A stretch of 64,000 bases of DNA from Podarcis cretensis (Eukaryota): contig OX638150.1 of the NCBI GenBank assembly GCA_951804945.1, positions 84,630,001 to 84,694,000 on the forward strand, written 5' to 3'. Shown piece after piece: positions 38,601-47,385 of the stretch (within the stretch, counting starts at the first letter, position 1; the number at the start of each line of letters is the position of its first letter). Below the pieces are notes generated by a model that saw nothing but the letters and a program-made list of their open reading frames with translations, did no database searches and was not told where the DNA came from. Made by a program: the position numbers and the translations under genes.

Positions 38601-41600
38601 TCCATCCTCTTCTGTCAACAGGAAAAGGTCGGGGGTTTTTTACTTTCCAGTAGTTATTGGCGTGGGGGATGAAGTGGACTTAAGTTGGGTGATTCAGTTC
38701 TTGATTCATTTGTCAAGTGCTTCAGAAAGAGGCAGACTGCTTTCTGAATTGTGCACCTGCTGTATACATTGATCAAGTAAACATTCAAAAAAAGGGGGTG
38801 AATGGGCTCAAATTTAACTCATCCCCCACACTTGAATGCCTGTGACTCAGTGTGAGTGCAGTTGAGGCTCCATCCCAATTCCATATTTGCAAGAAAAGGG
38901 AGCTGCTTAATATGCTTAAATCTTTTGAAGTATTCTCTTTTCGTTTGAGAAATTCTATAGCTTCAAAAATGGATGGTTGGGGCTCAAAGAGCAATGTATT
39001 GATTTCTCATTACCTGCTGCAAGCTCTCTTAACTCTGCTTTCTGCAGTCAATGGAGACACCGTGACTTGCTTGTCAAGGGTGGTGGGTGACAAAATAATT
39101 GGATTTGTGAAGATTCTTGGTTTTTGAGGTGAACTGATAAGTATGTGCTCGTCCCTAATATATATATCTGACACTCTGCATGCACAGGTGAATGCTTGGT
39201 ATGCACTCACTTAATCGTCAGTTATGTTTTGCTGGTTGCAGTTCTGGGAAGTTGAGTTCCATCAGGTTCCCAGCAAATGTCTGCCAGGTAAAAGTGTTTT
39301 GGTGTATGATCTATAGACGAATGTGCACTCAAGGGCCACTTTGCATGTAAGGTTTGAGGGCATCTCAAACATCTGAAAGCAGCTGACTTTGGAACTTCCT
39401 ATAGATCCCAAGAACCTCAGTTGTATAGTCAACTAAACTTGGTGTCTGGGTTTCCTATGGGGAAGGTTTCAAAACAACTGAAATACTGGGGAGCTCTGCC
39501 CTCGTGCACTGGGCATTGTGTGACAGAGTAAGATGTTTAGAAACCGAATCTACCTGCTCCCCATTAATGGTCAGTTTATTTCTTTCTTTTTTAGAAATCG
39601 ACATTGGTGACATGTCAGCTCGGGTCACTAGCCCATCTGGGAGAATGACAGATGCAGAAATAGTAGAGCATGATAAAAACACGTACTGTGTCCGCTTTGT
39701 ACCACAAGAAATGGGGGTCCATAATGTGGATGTGAAATACAGAGGGCAGCATGTGCCAGGCAGTCCATTCCAGTTTACCGTTGGGCCGCTTGGTGAAGGA
39801 GGGGCCAATAAGGTCAGAGCTGGCGGTCCAGGACTTGAAAGAGCAGAGGCAGGCATCCCAGGTAAGACCTTCACTAAATTTCATCTGAATACATGGGCAT
39901 GGGTCTAAGGGCCTTGCAGTGAGAGGGGACAATAGCTGTAATCTTGGAACAGGGTACTTATACCTTGTAACACTAGAACACATTTCTGGAAGCCTAGTGA
40001 CCCTGCCTTGTGTTGCAGAGCCCCATATCACAAAGGGATTGGAGGGCCACTTGCCTGCTTCTAATTCCTGGGTGGTGGTTGTTGTTGTTAACAGCTGAGT
40101 TCAGCATCTGGACAAGGGAAGCTGGAGCTGGAGGTCTTTCCATTGCAGTAGAAGGACCAAGTAAGGCAGAAATTGCTTTTGAAGACCATAAAGATGGATC
40201 GTGTGGTGTATCATACACTGCTCAAGAGCCTGGTATGGATATCTTAAGCATTAGCAAGTTGAAATGAAGCAAAACACCACAAAAACAATTCCTCCTTGCT
40301 TAGCAAAGTTCTTATTTCTTCCAGGTAACTACGAGGTGTCCATCAAATTCAACGATGAGCATATTCCGGAAAGCCCTTACCTGGTTCCTGTGATTGCTCC
40401 TTCCGATGATGCTCGTAGGCTCACTGTTATGAGCCTTCAGGTGAGACATAAGGAAGCATCTCCCATAGCCTACCACAAGCTGATACCATCCTTGTGCTCA
40501 AGCTCCTTAAAATTATTACTTGCTCACTAGCTACACTTCTTCAGAGGAGATCCCTTGGCAAGCATGTAGGCCTTCCAAGTTAGGAAACAGCATCTGAAAA
40601 GGGGTGACTGTTTCCTAGTGCTATTCAGCTAAGGAACAACCATGGCCTCCATTCTCCCCACACAGTGGCACTAAGCAGTTCTATAAACCTTGCTGTTAAT
40701 TTTCTCACAAGGTTTGTCTATGTATGACAGTGTTCAGCAATGAAGCCATACTAAGTGGGGTAAGTTGGCTTGCATGATTGCATGCTGACAAGGCAGTTAG
40801 GCTAACATGCAACAATTTCAGCTTGGCGTATGCTCCAAGAATGCACATGCTTGAACAAATGAGGCTCTGGGGTGAGCACAGAGCAGTAATTCACACATGT
40901 GCAGATGTTGCAAAACCACAAGCTTGTACTTTAAATGATTCTTAAACAGCAGCCAAAGTCTGAGTGGATTCCAGACTTCTAGTGGCTTGAGTTTGTACAT
41001 AGTCCTGACTTTTTCGTGGTGTGCATCTAGCAACATTTTTAAGTGACTGTCTTTAATCTAAAATAAGAAGCCTGGAAGTTTCAGATTAAGCGTCATCCAG
41101 CCCATGATGTGTAGATTTGCTGCAGCTTGAGGCAGCAGTATTGGTTAAATTGCACTGCTTTTCAGAACTATGGTTTTATAGACTGACATTTGGTGTAACT
41201 TTCTAGCCAGAGCTGAACTTAAAACAAGGAGTTACAAGGACGATAATTAGCTGCTGTGGTACTGATGTTTTTCTTGTGTTTCATTTAAAGACTCTTGACA
41301 GAATGTGTGGTGTCAGCTGACTTAAACCCTGAAGAGGGAAATAAAACTGATATTTTTTTTGGGGGGGGGAGGAGTAATCTTTTTACAAAAGATGTCTTTT
41401 GGCACTCCATAAAAAACTTCCTTGGTGTATTTTAGCTGCCTGTTTCAGTTTATTTCTCTCTTGAGGATAAAACTGTTAAGTTGAAATTAAGGTAAGCTCT
41501 GCACTGAAAGCAAAAGCTCAGCATTCCAGTGACCCTCCCCCCCCCCGATGGAACTTCAATTTTCCAGTGGCTGGGGGCGGGAATCACACATGCATAACAC

Positions 41601-44600
41601 CAGGAGACTCTGTTTTTTTGTATGTGTGGTGACCGCTACTGGGGAGCAGGTGTTCATTGATATATACTTTTGGTTCCACCTTTGCTGGCATGTTAACAGA
41701 AATCTCCAAAACGTTGTATTTGTTGGCATGGGGTGAAACATGCTTTGCTTAATCAGAAAGCTCCAGGCTTAATTGTCGGTGCAATATGGAAATTTGTTTT
41801 TAGCAGCATATTAATGAGTTAGCTACACAATTAGGAAAAGAGATTTCAAGTGATTTTGGGAGTATGGCAAAGCAAATTCAGCCCAGACAACCATAAAGAT
41901 TTGGGCAGCGCAAGCATTTTGTTTTAAAGCTAATGCATTTGATGATTTTGGGGCTGGCATCCTACATTTGTAGCAAAATGATGACCTTGCATACTTATAG
42001 TCAGACCAGAAAAAAGTGTGTGGGTAGACAAACTTAACCAAGCCCACACTTTGGGAATGTATTGTACTGCTGTTNNNNNNNNNNNNNNNNNNNNNNNNNN
42101 NNNNNNNNNNNNNNNNNNNNNNNNNNNNNNNNNNNNNNNNNNNNNNNNNNNNNNNNNNNNNNNNNNNNNNNNNNNNNNNNNNNNNNNNNNNNNNNNNNNN
42201 NNNNNNNNNNNNNNNNNNNNNCCCTGCCCTCCCTGGCCAGAACCGGGATCAGGGTGCTAACACCAATCAAAATTACAATAAAACATAATGGGGGGGGGGG
42301 GAAACAGTTAATTAAAATACAGGTTAAAATACCATTTAAAATGCTACCTCATTTTAGTAGTAGCCCATAAATCAAAACTATAAGGGGAGGGACACATAAG
42401 GGTCAGACTGAGTCCAAACCAAAGGCCAGGCGGGACAGCTCTGTCTTGCAGGCCCTGCGGAAAGATGTCAAGTCCCTCAGGGCTCTAGTCTCTTGTGACA
42501 GAGCGTTCCACCAAGTTGGGGCCAGTACTGAAAAGGCCCTGGCCCTAGTTGAGACAAATCTAACCACCTTGCGGCTCAGGACCTCTAAAGTGTTGTTATT
42601 TGTGGACCTTAAGGTCCTCTGCAGGGCATACCAGGAGAAAAGATCACATCACTTAGTGGTATCTGGAACCCTCAGAACTAGAAAGTTAAAAATAAAAAAT
42701 ATTCCTAGTTTTAAGACTTGAGAATACTCAGTTGAGAAGAGCATAACATATAGCAGGGTTAGGGGTGCTTGTCAGACACATTTTTGTAAATAGTGAGACT
42801 GATAACGTTTTTCCACGGCCATAACTTCCGTGATGCAATAACTTTACATTTGCAAATGTGGTACAGGGCTACCACGTGTCAAATATTGGTTCTGTGTTAG
42901 ACAAAATATGCAAAGCTGCTGCTATATTTCGGAGACAGTAAAAGACCGAACTGTTATATATTCCTTGCAAGCCAAATGTCAATATGTATGTGAGGATCTT
43001 ACTATTGCGTTGTTAGGAGTCTGGGTTGAAGGTTAACCAGCCAGCATCCTTCGCTATAAGGCTTAACGGGGCAAAGGGCAAGATTGACGCTAAAGTGCAT
43101 AGCCCAATTGGAGCTGTAGAAGAATGCCATGTTTCTGAACTGGAGCAAGGTAAGGATGTGTCGTAAACTTGGTACTCAAAACTGCTTTAAATATGTAAAC
43201 AGTCAAAATGGTTGTAAGAATTAAACAGGAGGTGGCCATTTCAGTTCATGCCAGTATAGAAACATGTTCAACAGTGATTAGATGCTTATTGTACAAAGGA
43301 CTGTGTTCCACAAAGGAGTTTAGTAGTACTTCCTTGGTGGTAAAAGGAAAAAAGGAAGTACTGAACAAAATACTTCCGCATAACCCATTTTAAGGCTAAT
43401 TGGCATGTGCACTTTACCACAACCCCAGTTGTTGTTTGTTTGTGCAGAGAGGAAGTCCTGTGAACAGAGGTGTGCATGAGGTTGCATGTGCTAATAGCTC
43501 AGTTGAATGGCTGCATATGCATCTTTCTGCACATTAGAGAGATTGCTTCACAACTTTTAGCTAAATTGTGGACCAAGGAAAAGTTATAATCCTACATAGG
43601 GCAGGTACCTTCCTCAACCTCAGCCCTCCAGATGTTTTGAGACTACAATTCCCATCAACCCTGACCACTGGTCCTGTTAGCTAGGGATCATGGGAGTTGT
43701 AGGCCAAAAACATCTGGAGGGCTGAGGTTGAGGAAGCCTGCTGTAGATATTTCAACTCTAGCTACCTGAAATGGCTCCTGTCTTTCCATCCTGCCCTATA
43801 CATTTTCGTTAACTCTTTCTCCCCTCATCCTTCACTTTTGAAAATACATGGTATACCTATAGGCTGATTCCAACAGGGTCTCATCTGATGCTGGTGCCAA
43901 TTTGTTTAAATTGGCCTTACATTTTTGATAGCCATTTCTAGCTACTTTTAACCATGCAGATTTACCATTCTAGTATTCTATGTTTCCTAGACAGTTTTCA
44001 GACTAGTCACTGATTAAAAGGAACAAGCTATACTCAATTGTGCTATAATTATAATATTTGCTGTATAATAAAGAAATGCAGTTTTCTACCAGTGCAAGTG
44101 GATAACCATTTTGCAGCACGCTGGTGGTTAAAGCAATAAGAACGGATTTTAAAGTGACAGCTCCAACTCCTATGCATGTTCTCCACATGAGGATTGCATT
44201 TCAGAGGCTTTGCTTCTTCTCCTCAGGCATGTTCCATGTGCCACCTTCCCATGGCCCAGACATGGCAGTCATAGAAATAGTTTTAGATGCTGTGTGCTCT
44301 GCTTTTTAACATCAAGTTCTCAACCTAAATTTATGATGATTTGCCTGTATATGTATTGCAGATAAATACGCTGTTCGGTTCATCCCGCGTGAAAACGGCA
44401 TTCATTCTATTGATGTGAAGTTCAACGGTAGCCATGTGGTAGGCAGTCCTTTTAAAGTTAGAGTCGGGGAACCAGGTCAAGCAGATAGCCCAGCTCTTGT
44501 CACCGCCTATGGGCCAGGCCTTGAGAGTGGCGTAACAGGTGAGTGGTTTCCTCTTTCTGCATTAGAATTCTGAAAAATAGGATGGTCTTGACCCAGAGAT

Positions 44601-47385
44601 TGCCTTTGTCTCACTAGCTAACACTCTTCTGTCTGGTGTGTACAATTGGGCTATACCTTTAATAGGCTCAGCCAATATGTTTTGAAATGGGTGGTGGTCT
44701 CGGTTCATTTCAGTTAAAACAGGGAAAAGCTAATATGCAAGAAAATGCAGAAATGGATGCTGAACTGATTTGAACAATTCAGTTTAGCAGTTTATCACAC
44801 AGTCGCATCATTCCTGTCCATTGGTCATGTTGGCTGGGGTTGTTGGGAGTTCCACAACATCAGTTGGGGGGGGGGGCACAGCCTCTCCATCTCTGGCCTG
44901 TGTAGTTTTCAGTGGGTCACATGGGAGTAGTGCTTGTTTATATCTCCCGAGGCCCTTGGAGGGAGAAATTAACTGAAATTCGACAGATGAGTTGTCAGTA
45001 TTACCGGCAACATACCCATTCGCCAGCGCTGATGCTTAACATTTTGGGCTGGGTCCTTGCTATTGATCAAGCTGTAATGGATTCCACACAGCCAAACATT
45101 ACTTACTGATGGTCTGGCTGCACTTAGGACTCAGCTATACAGCTGCAAATAAAACATTGTACAATGTGACACTAGATGGCAATGGTGAACCTTATGGAAA
45201 ATTCAGTGTATTTTTAAAAACGCTTTAAAGGAAAGCATTTTCAGAACGTTTTATATGTGTGTAGATTCCACCTTAGAAGAAGCATTCATCAGTCGTTCTG
45301 GGTTTTGTTTTACTTTTTGCTTGTCTTCACACACTTGCCCAGGCATCCCCAACCTTCAGCCTTCCAGATGTTTTGGACTACAATTCCCATCATCCCTGAC
45401 CCACTGCTCCTGTTAGCTAGGGATCATGGGAGTTGTAGGCCAAAACATCTAGAGGGCCCCAGGTTGGGGGTACCTGCACTTGACTGTGCAGCAGCATGGG
45501 AAAGTGTGAAATTTGTGATCGCAAGGCATCAAAGAAAGGGCTGCTTTTATTAGGAGGTGGGACAAGTTTTTTCTAAATCTTTTGGAGTATTTGCTTTTTT
45601 GATGGATTAGTGGTCGTGACTCACTTTGGGTATTTCTTGAGAAAGTGGTCTGGTTTTTTGTTTTTTTGTTTTAATTAAAAAAATACACAATTTGCAATGG
45701 CAAATTGTTGCGGGGTGGGAGGCTGTATCCATGACATATACTTGGCAAACAAGATTGCTGCATGAAAGTGTGAAGTGACAAACAGTCTTGGAACTCATGC
45801 TTCCTATTTCTCCTTTGCTTTCCAGGGTTACAATCGGCATTTACTATAGACACCACCAAAGCAGGCCCTGGAACCCTTGCTGTTACAATCGAGGGGCCGT
45901 CAAAGGTGAAAATGGATTGTCAAGAAGCTCTGGAGGGCTACCATGTAATGTACACACCTATGGCCCCAGGGAACTACTTAATTGGAATTAAATATGGAGG
46001 GCCCAATCACATAGCGGGCAGCCCTTTCAAAGCAAAAGTGACAGGTAAGACTCTGAGCCAGTATTACCTACCTGGTTGTGTTCTCAGTGGGAGGGTGGGT
46101 GCAGAGAGATGGACTTTCCCAAGGTGGCACAGTGTCTGACTTGACTGGCATCTAGTTGGCGGTAGCTATTGAGCTCTTGAACTTAGCAGCAGGGGTACTG
46201 CCATACTGTTTAAACTGTGCTCTGGTTATCTTGCTCTGTAGGCCAGCGGCTGGTTAGCCCAGGTGTGTCCAATGAAACATCCTCCATCATGGTGGAATCT
46301 GTGACCAGGTCAACAACGGATACCTGCTATAGTGCCATTCCCAGATCTTCATCTGATGCAAGCAGAGTGATCTCCACGGGAGCAGGGCTCTCTAGAGCTT
46401 TTGTGGGCCAGAAAAACACATTTTCTGTCGACTGCAGCAAAGCTGGTAACTTCCTTTTTTTAAAAAAATAATAAATGTGGGTTTCTATTACTGGTCCAGT
46501 GACCAAAGACCTTGTAAGTGTCCACTAAATCTTTAGTGCCTCTTTCGCCCCAGAGAAAAGTATTCAGTTGCCATTGGCAGTGGAATGTTGGATCTCCCAC
46601 CGCTTTACAAAGCATTTAAGAGCATCTAAAGCAGGCTTTCCCAAACTTGGGTCTCCCGTCTGTTTTTGGACTACAACTCCCATCTTCCCTAGCTAGTAGG
46701 TCAGGGATGATGGGATTTGTGTTCTAAAAACAGCTGGAGACGCAAGTTTGGGAAAACCTGATCTAAAGATGAACTGCTAAGACAAGAACTAGAATTCTTT
46801 GTCTTGCACAGGAGTCAGCAAGGTTTACTTGATGAATTTTGCCCAGTGCTTTTTCTCTGCAGAAATAGCTTGCCCTGCAAATAGCATTATCCTCCATGAG
46901 CAGCATGCTATTAAAGACTACTGACCGTAATGGCTGTGTTCCACTGTGGGAGGCAGTATGTCTCTGGACCCAAGTAAGGGACTTTCAAATGGGGAAAGTG
47001 CTGTGAATTCAGATTCTGCATCCCAACTTCCCATAGTCACCTGTTTGGCGAAAAACAGGGCGCTGGGTTAAGTGAACCTTTGGCCTGATCTAGCAAGGCT
47101 CTTAACTTTAAGTCTGATTGGTCAAAATATTTAGGAAAGCTGGATTGGAGCTGCTTGAATTTGGGGTGTGGTAGTAACGCTCTTCATTCTGCTTTAGGTT
47201 CAAATATGTTGTTAGTTGGTGTCCATGGACCTACAACTCCTTGTGAAGAAGTATCTGTGAAACACCTTGGGAACCAACAGTATGGTGTAAAGTACATCGT
47301 CAAGGAGAAGGGTGACTATATCCTAGCCGTGAAGTGGGGTGAAGAACACATTCCTGGAAGCCCCTTCCACGTTACAGTTCCCTAA
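1..47385 (+). CDS. FLNB: Filamin B, multi-exon CDS, 5'-truncated by the window (Ig-like rod repeats, hinge 1, hinge 2, C-terminal Ig24)
   Basis: Spliced exons encode tandem filamin Ig repeats (e.g. KVxAxGPGL...FTVDT..AG.G.L...GP...DNxDGT..V.Y.P...G.Y...V.....IPGSPF). FLNB-diagnostic segments: hinge 1 '[17 protein letters not shown]', 31-aa insert '[17 protein letters not shown]', C-terminus '[14 protein letters not shown]'. Exon phases are consistent throughout. Confidence 0.97.
1791..1928 (+). CDS. FLNB: FLNB exon ([18 protein letters not shown]...IKGP)
   Basis: ttgcag| ... |gtaagt, 138 nt. Confidence 0.95.
2287..2322. repeat. (GT)n microsatellite
   Basis: Direct reading. Confidence 0.95.
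3524..3650 (+). CDS. FLNB: FLNB exon ([23 protein letters not shown]...HNIPK)
   Basis: ctgcag| ... |gtgagt, 127 nt, manually translated. Confidence 0.93.
3775..4005 (+). mobile_element. 5'-truncated Sauria SINE
   Basis: cggtcccagctcctgcc...gtgcaagtagataaataggtacc... body with a (ccttta)n tail; same family as the 34945 copy. Confidence 0.8.
4716..4852 (+). CDS. FLNB: FLNB exon ([22 protein letters not shown]...VGSL)
   Basis: tcatag| ... |gtaaga, 137 nt. Confidence 0.93.
5620..5813 (+). CDS. FLNB: FLNB exon ([14 protein letters not shown]...FNSDK), GC donor
   Basis: ttttag| ... aag|gcaagt, 194 nt. Confidence 0.92.
6214..6327 (+). CDS. FLNB: FLNB exon ([13 protein letters not shown]...IYAQ)
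   Basis: tcttag| ... |gtaagg, 114 nt. Confidence 0.93.
6757..6900 (+). CDS. FLNB: FLNB exon ([11 protein letters not shown]...NSPYR)
   Basis: taacag| ... |gtaagt, 144 nt. Confidence 0.93.
7949..8072 (+). CDS. FLNB: FLNB exon ([14 protein letters not shown]...EAGE)
   Basis: ccccag| ... |gtaaaa, 124 nt. Confidence 0.93.
8416..8576 (+). CDS. FLNB: FLNB exon ([11 protein letters not shown]...LFAGE)
   Basis: tcctag| ... |gtatgt, 161 nt. Confidence 0.93.
9468..9558 (+). CDS. FLNB: FLNB exon ([30 protein letters not shown])
   Basis: ttgaag| ... |gtgaga, 91 nt. Confidence 0.92.
10011..10180 (+). CDS. FLNB: FLNB exon ([12 protein letters not shown]...TPVQQ)
   Basis: acttag| ... |gtagga, 170 nt. 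Confidence 0.94.
12390..12677 (+). mobile_element. L2-like LINE 3' fragment
   Basis: Encodes a degenerate '[14 protein letters not shown]...[10 protein letters not shown]' ORF2 C-terminus; similar to the 30250 and 49665 copies. Confidence 0.6.
12678..13040 (-). mobile_element. Sauria SINE, near full length, nested in the L2 tail
   Basis: Reverse complement of the 34945 element; TSD tatagggc(a/g)gtata at 12664 and 13041. Confidence 0.85.
13682..13799 (+). CDS. FLNB: FLNB exon ([19 protein letters not shown]...GLEN)
   Basis: ctctag| ... |gtaagt, 118 nt. Confidence 0.93.
14277..14539 (+). CDS. FLNB: FLNB exon ([10 protein letters not shown]...PDPSK)
   Basis: ctgaag| ... |gtaagc, 263 nt. Confidence 0.94.
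14872..15185. mobile_element. Tc1/mariner (pogo/Tigger-like) MITE
   Basis: 22-bp perfect TIR cagtggtgccccgcaagacgaa, TA target duplication. Confidence 0.85.
15951..16548 (+). CDS. FLNB: FLNB large exon ([11 protein letters not shown]...GIEGK)
   Basis: tcccag| ... |gtatgc, 598 nt, about two Ig repeats. Confidence 0.96.
16585..17127 (-). mobile_element. CR1 LINE 3' fragment
   Basis: ORF 16726-17079: '[29 protein letters not shown]...WNSLP', the CR1 ORF2 C-terminus. Confidence 0.9.
17220..17428. mobile_element. Tc1/mariner (Tigger-like) MITE
   Basis: TA|cagtggtacctc ... gaggtaccactg|TA; related copy at 59354. Confidence 0.85.
17797..17970 (+). CDS. FLNB: FLNB exon ([10 protein letters not shown]...TPYER)
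   Basis: tcatag| ... |gtaaag, 174 nt. Confidence 0.94.
18485..18619. mobile_element. hAT-type palindromic MITE
   Basis: TIR caggcacccca/tggggatgcctg; perfect 8-bp TSD ttctagag. Confidence 0.88.
18754..18916 (+). CDS. FLNB: FLNB exon ([14 protein letters not shown]...FTVVTR)
   Basis: ttgcag| ... |gtaagt, 163 nt. Confidence 0.93.
19496..19656 (+). CDS. FLNB: FLNB exon ([18 protein letters not shown]...EHIP)
   Basis: ttgcag| ... |gtaaga, 161 nt. Confidence 0.93.
20433..20600 (+). CDS. FLNB: FLNB exon ([14 protein letters not shown]...TAPR)
   Basis: tggcag| ... |gtaatg, 168 nt. Confidence 0.94.
21568..21620. repeat. 16-bp tandem repeat (tacaacctgttaaaga) x3
   Basis: Direct reading. Confidence 0.85.
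22412..22504 (+). CDS. FLNB: FLNB alternative 93-nt cassette exon ([31 protein letters not shown])
   Basis: ttctag| ... acag|gtttga; phase 1-1, 31 aa; matches the recalled 31-aa insert of the long mammalian FLNB isoform; absent from the ORF track. Confidence 0.88.
23622..23655. repeat. (GT)n microsatellite
   Basis: Direct reading. Confidence 0.95.
23752..23875 (+). CDS. FLNB: FLNB exon ([14 protein letters not shown]...EEIPR)
   Basis: acttag| ... |gtaaga, 124 nt. Confidence 0.94.
24567..24723 (+). CDS. FLNB: FLNB exon ([16 protein letters not shown]...VHVT)
   Basis: caacag| ... |gtaaga, 157 nt. Confidence 0.94.
25518..25874 (-). mobile_element. Sauria SINE, CpG-rich (young) copy
   Basis: (aaaggt)n tail, head ...cacccgcgtccc; 12-bp TSD agtataaaccta at 25506 and 25875. 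Confidence 0.88.
26288..26477 (+). CDS. FLNB: FLNB exon ([11 protein letters not shown]...KCQAT)
   Basis: atttag| ... |gtaaat, 190 nt. Confidence 0.94.
26785..26862 (-). mobile_element. tRNA-derived SINE head (Squam3-like)
   Basis: Reverse complement reads gggtgcagctcagtggtagagcatctgctttgcatgcagaagggctcaggttcaatccctggcatctcc; similar copies near 20030, 49307, 50000 and 56385. Confidence 0.65.
27820..28067 (+). CDS. FLNB: FLNB exon, Ig15 ([16 protein letters not shown]...PFTVM)
   Basis: tcctag| ... |gtaaga, 248 nt. Confidence 0.95.
28763..28840 (+). CDS. FLNB: FLNB hinge-1 cassette exon ([26 protein letters not shown])
   Basis: aactag| ... tgg|gtacct; 78 nt, phase 0-0; resembles the recalled human H1 'ATDGEVTAVEEAPVNACPPGFRPW'. 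Confidence 0.9.
29445..29547 (+). CDS. FLNB: FLNB exon ([34 protein letters not shown])
   Basis: caatag| ... |gtaaac, 103 nt. Confidence 0.93.
30250..30520 (-). mobile_element. L2-like LINE 3' fragment
   Basis: gggagagcattccacaag...gccactacagaaaagacc, as in the other L2 copies. Confidence 0.55.
30911..31051 (+). CDS. FLNB: FLNB exon ([10 protein letters not shown]...GSHIP)
   Basis: tttcag| ... |gtgagt, 141 nt. Confidence 0.94.
33052..33180 (+). CDS. FLNB: FLNB exon ([14 protein letters not shown]...EDAGE)
   Basis: ttgcag| ... |gtaagt, 129 nt. Confidence 0.93.
33969..34142 (+). CDS. FLNB: FLNB exon ([15 protein letters not shown]...AKIT)
   Basis: tgacag| ... |gtacga, 174 nt. Confidence 0.94.
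34615..34773 (+). CDS. FLNB: FLNB exon ([17 protein letters not shown]...NNHI)
   Basis: ttaaag| ... |gtaagt, 159 nt. Confidence 0.93.
34945..35309 (+). mobile_element. Sauria SINE, full length
   Basis: tRNA-like head gggacgcgggtggcactgtgg, (accttt)n tail, approximate TSD ctatcttc. Confidence 0.88.
35415..35618 (+). CDS. FLNB: FLNB exon ([12 protein letters not shown]...TRDA)
   Basis: tggcag| ... |gtcagt, 204 nt. Confidence 0.94.
36038..36190 (+). CDS. FLNB: FLNB exon, Ig19 ([15 protein letters not shown]...DEHIP)
   Basis: ttctag| ... |gtaaga, 153 nt. Confidence 0.94.
36893..37015 (+). CDS. FLNB: FLNB 123-nt exon at the Ig19/Ig20 junction ([41 protein letters not shown]); the 41-aa segment skipped in filamin var-1
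   Basis: ctacag| ... |gtaagt; 41 codons, phase 1-1. Confidence 0.94.
37950..38180 (+). CDS. FLNB: Putative alternative FLNB exon homologous to the filamin-C Ig20 muscle insertion ([24 protein letters not shown]...PGSLGVV)
   Basis: Long polypyrimidine tract ending ctcatag|; donor tgg|gtacgt; 231 nt = 77 codons, phase 1-1, no stop; WFQM...ERLxR motif at the same junction as the FLNC insert. Confidence 0.7.
38424..38492. repeat. (TTTCC)n microsatellite
   Basis: Direct reading. Confidence 0.95.
39595..39861 (+). CDS. FLNB: FLNB exon, Ig20/21 ([16 protein letters not shown]...AGIP)
   Basis: ttttag| ... |gtaaga, 267 nt. Confidence 0.95.
40095..40232 (+). CDS. FLNB: FLNB exon, Ig21 ([24 protein letters not shown]...AQEP)
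   Basis: taacag| ... |gtatgg, 138 nt. Confidence 0.95.
40325..40440 (+). CDS. FLNB: FLNB exon ([15 protein letters not shown]...RRLTVMSLQ) ending in the Q/R editing codon
   Basis: ttccag| ... cag|gtgaga, 116 nt. Confidence 0.95.
42075..42221. other. Assembly gap (147 N) in a FLNB intron
   Basis: Run of N; no FLNB coding sequence appears to be missing (Q|E junction 40440/43017 is contiguous). Confidence 0.98.
42222..42640 (-). mobile_element. L2-like LINE 3' fragment
   Basis: agagcgttccaccaagttggggccagtactgaaaaggccct motif, shared with the other L2 copies. Confidence 0.6.
43017..43149 (+). CDS. FLNB: FLNB exon, Ig22 ([18 protein letters not shown]...ELEQ)
   Basis: tgttag| ... |gtaagg, 133 nt. 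Confidence 0.93.
43602..43740. mobile_element. hAT-type MITE (family of 18485)
   Basis: ccctccagatgtttt...actacaattcccat...atgggagttgtag...catctggaggg palindrome. Confidence 0.8.
44362..44538 (+). CDS. FLNB: FLNB exon ([15 protein letters not shown]...ESGVT)
   Basis: ttgcag| ... |gtgagt, 177 nt. Confidence 0.93.
45340..45476. mobile_element. hAT-type MITE
   Basis: Same family; TSD cacttgcc/cacttgac. Confidence 0.82.
45826..46044 (+). CDS. FLNB: FLNB exon, Ig23 ([16 protein letters not shown]...KAKVT)
   Basis: ttccag| ... |gtaaga, 219 nt. Confidence 0.94.
46242..46445 (+). CDS. FLNB: FLNB exon, hinge 2 and start of Ig24 ([21 protein letters not shown]...CSKA)
   Basis: ctgtag| ... |gtaact, 204 nt. 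Confidence 0.94.
46632..46760. mobile_element. hAT-type MITE
   Basis: Same family; perfect TSD atctaaag. Confidence 0.85.
47198..47385 (+). CDS. FLNB: FLNB last coding exon, Ig24 dimerisation domain ([12 protein letters not shown]...PFHVTVP*)
   Basis: ctttag| acceptor; stop TAA at 47383-47385. Confidence 0.96.

Noticed and set aside
1-47385. Assignment as FLNC or FLNA because of the FLNC-like insert and the SPMIP1-like neighbour
   Set aside because: Hinge 1, the 31-aa cassette, hinge 2 and the C-terminus (FHVTVP) all match FLNB as recalled.
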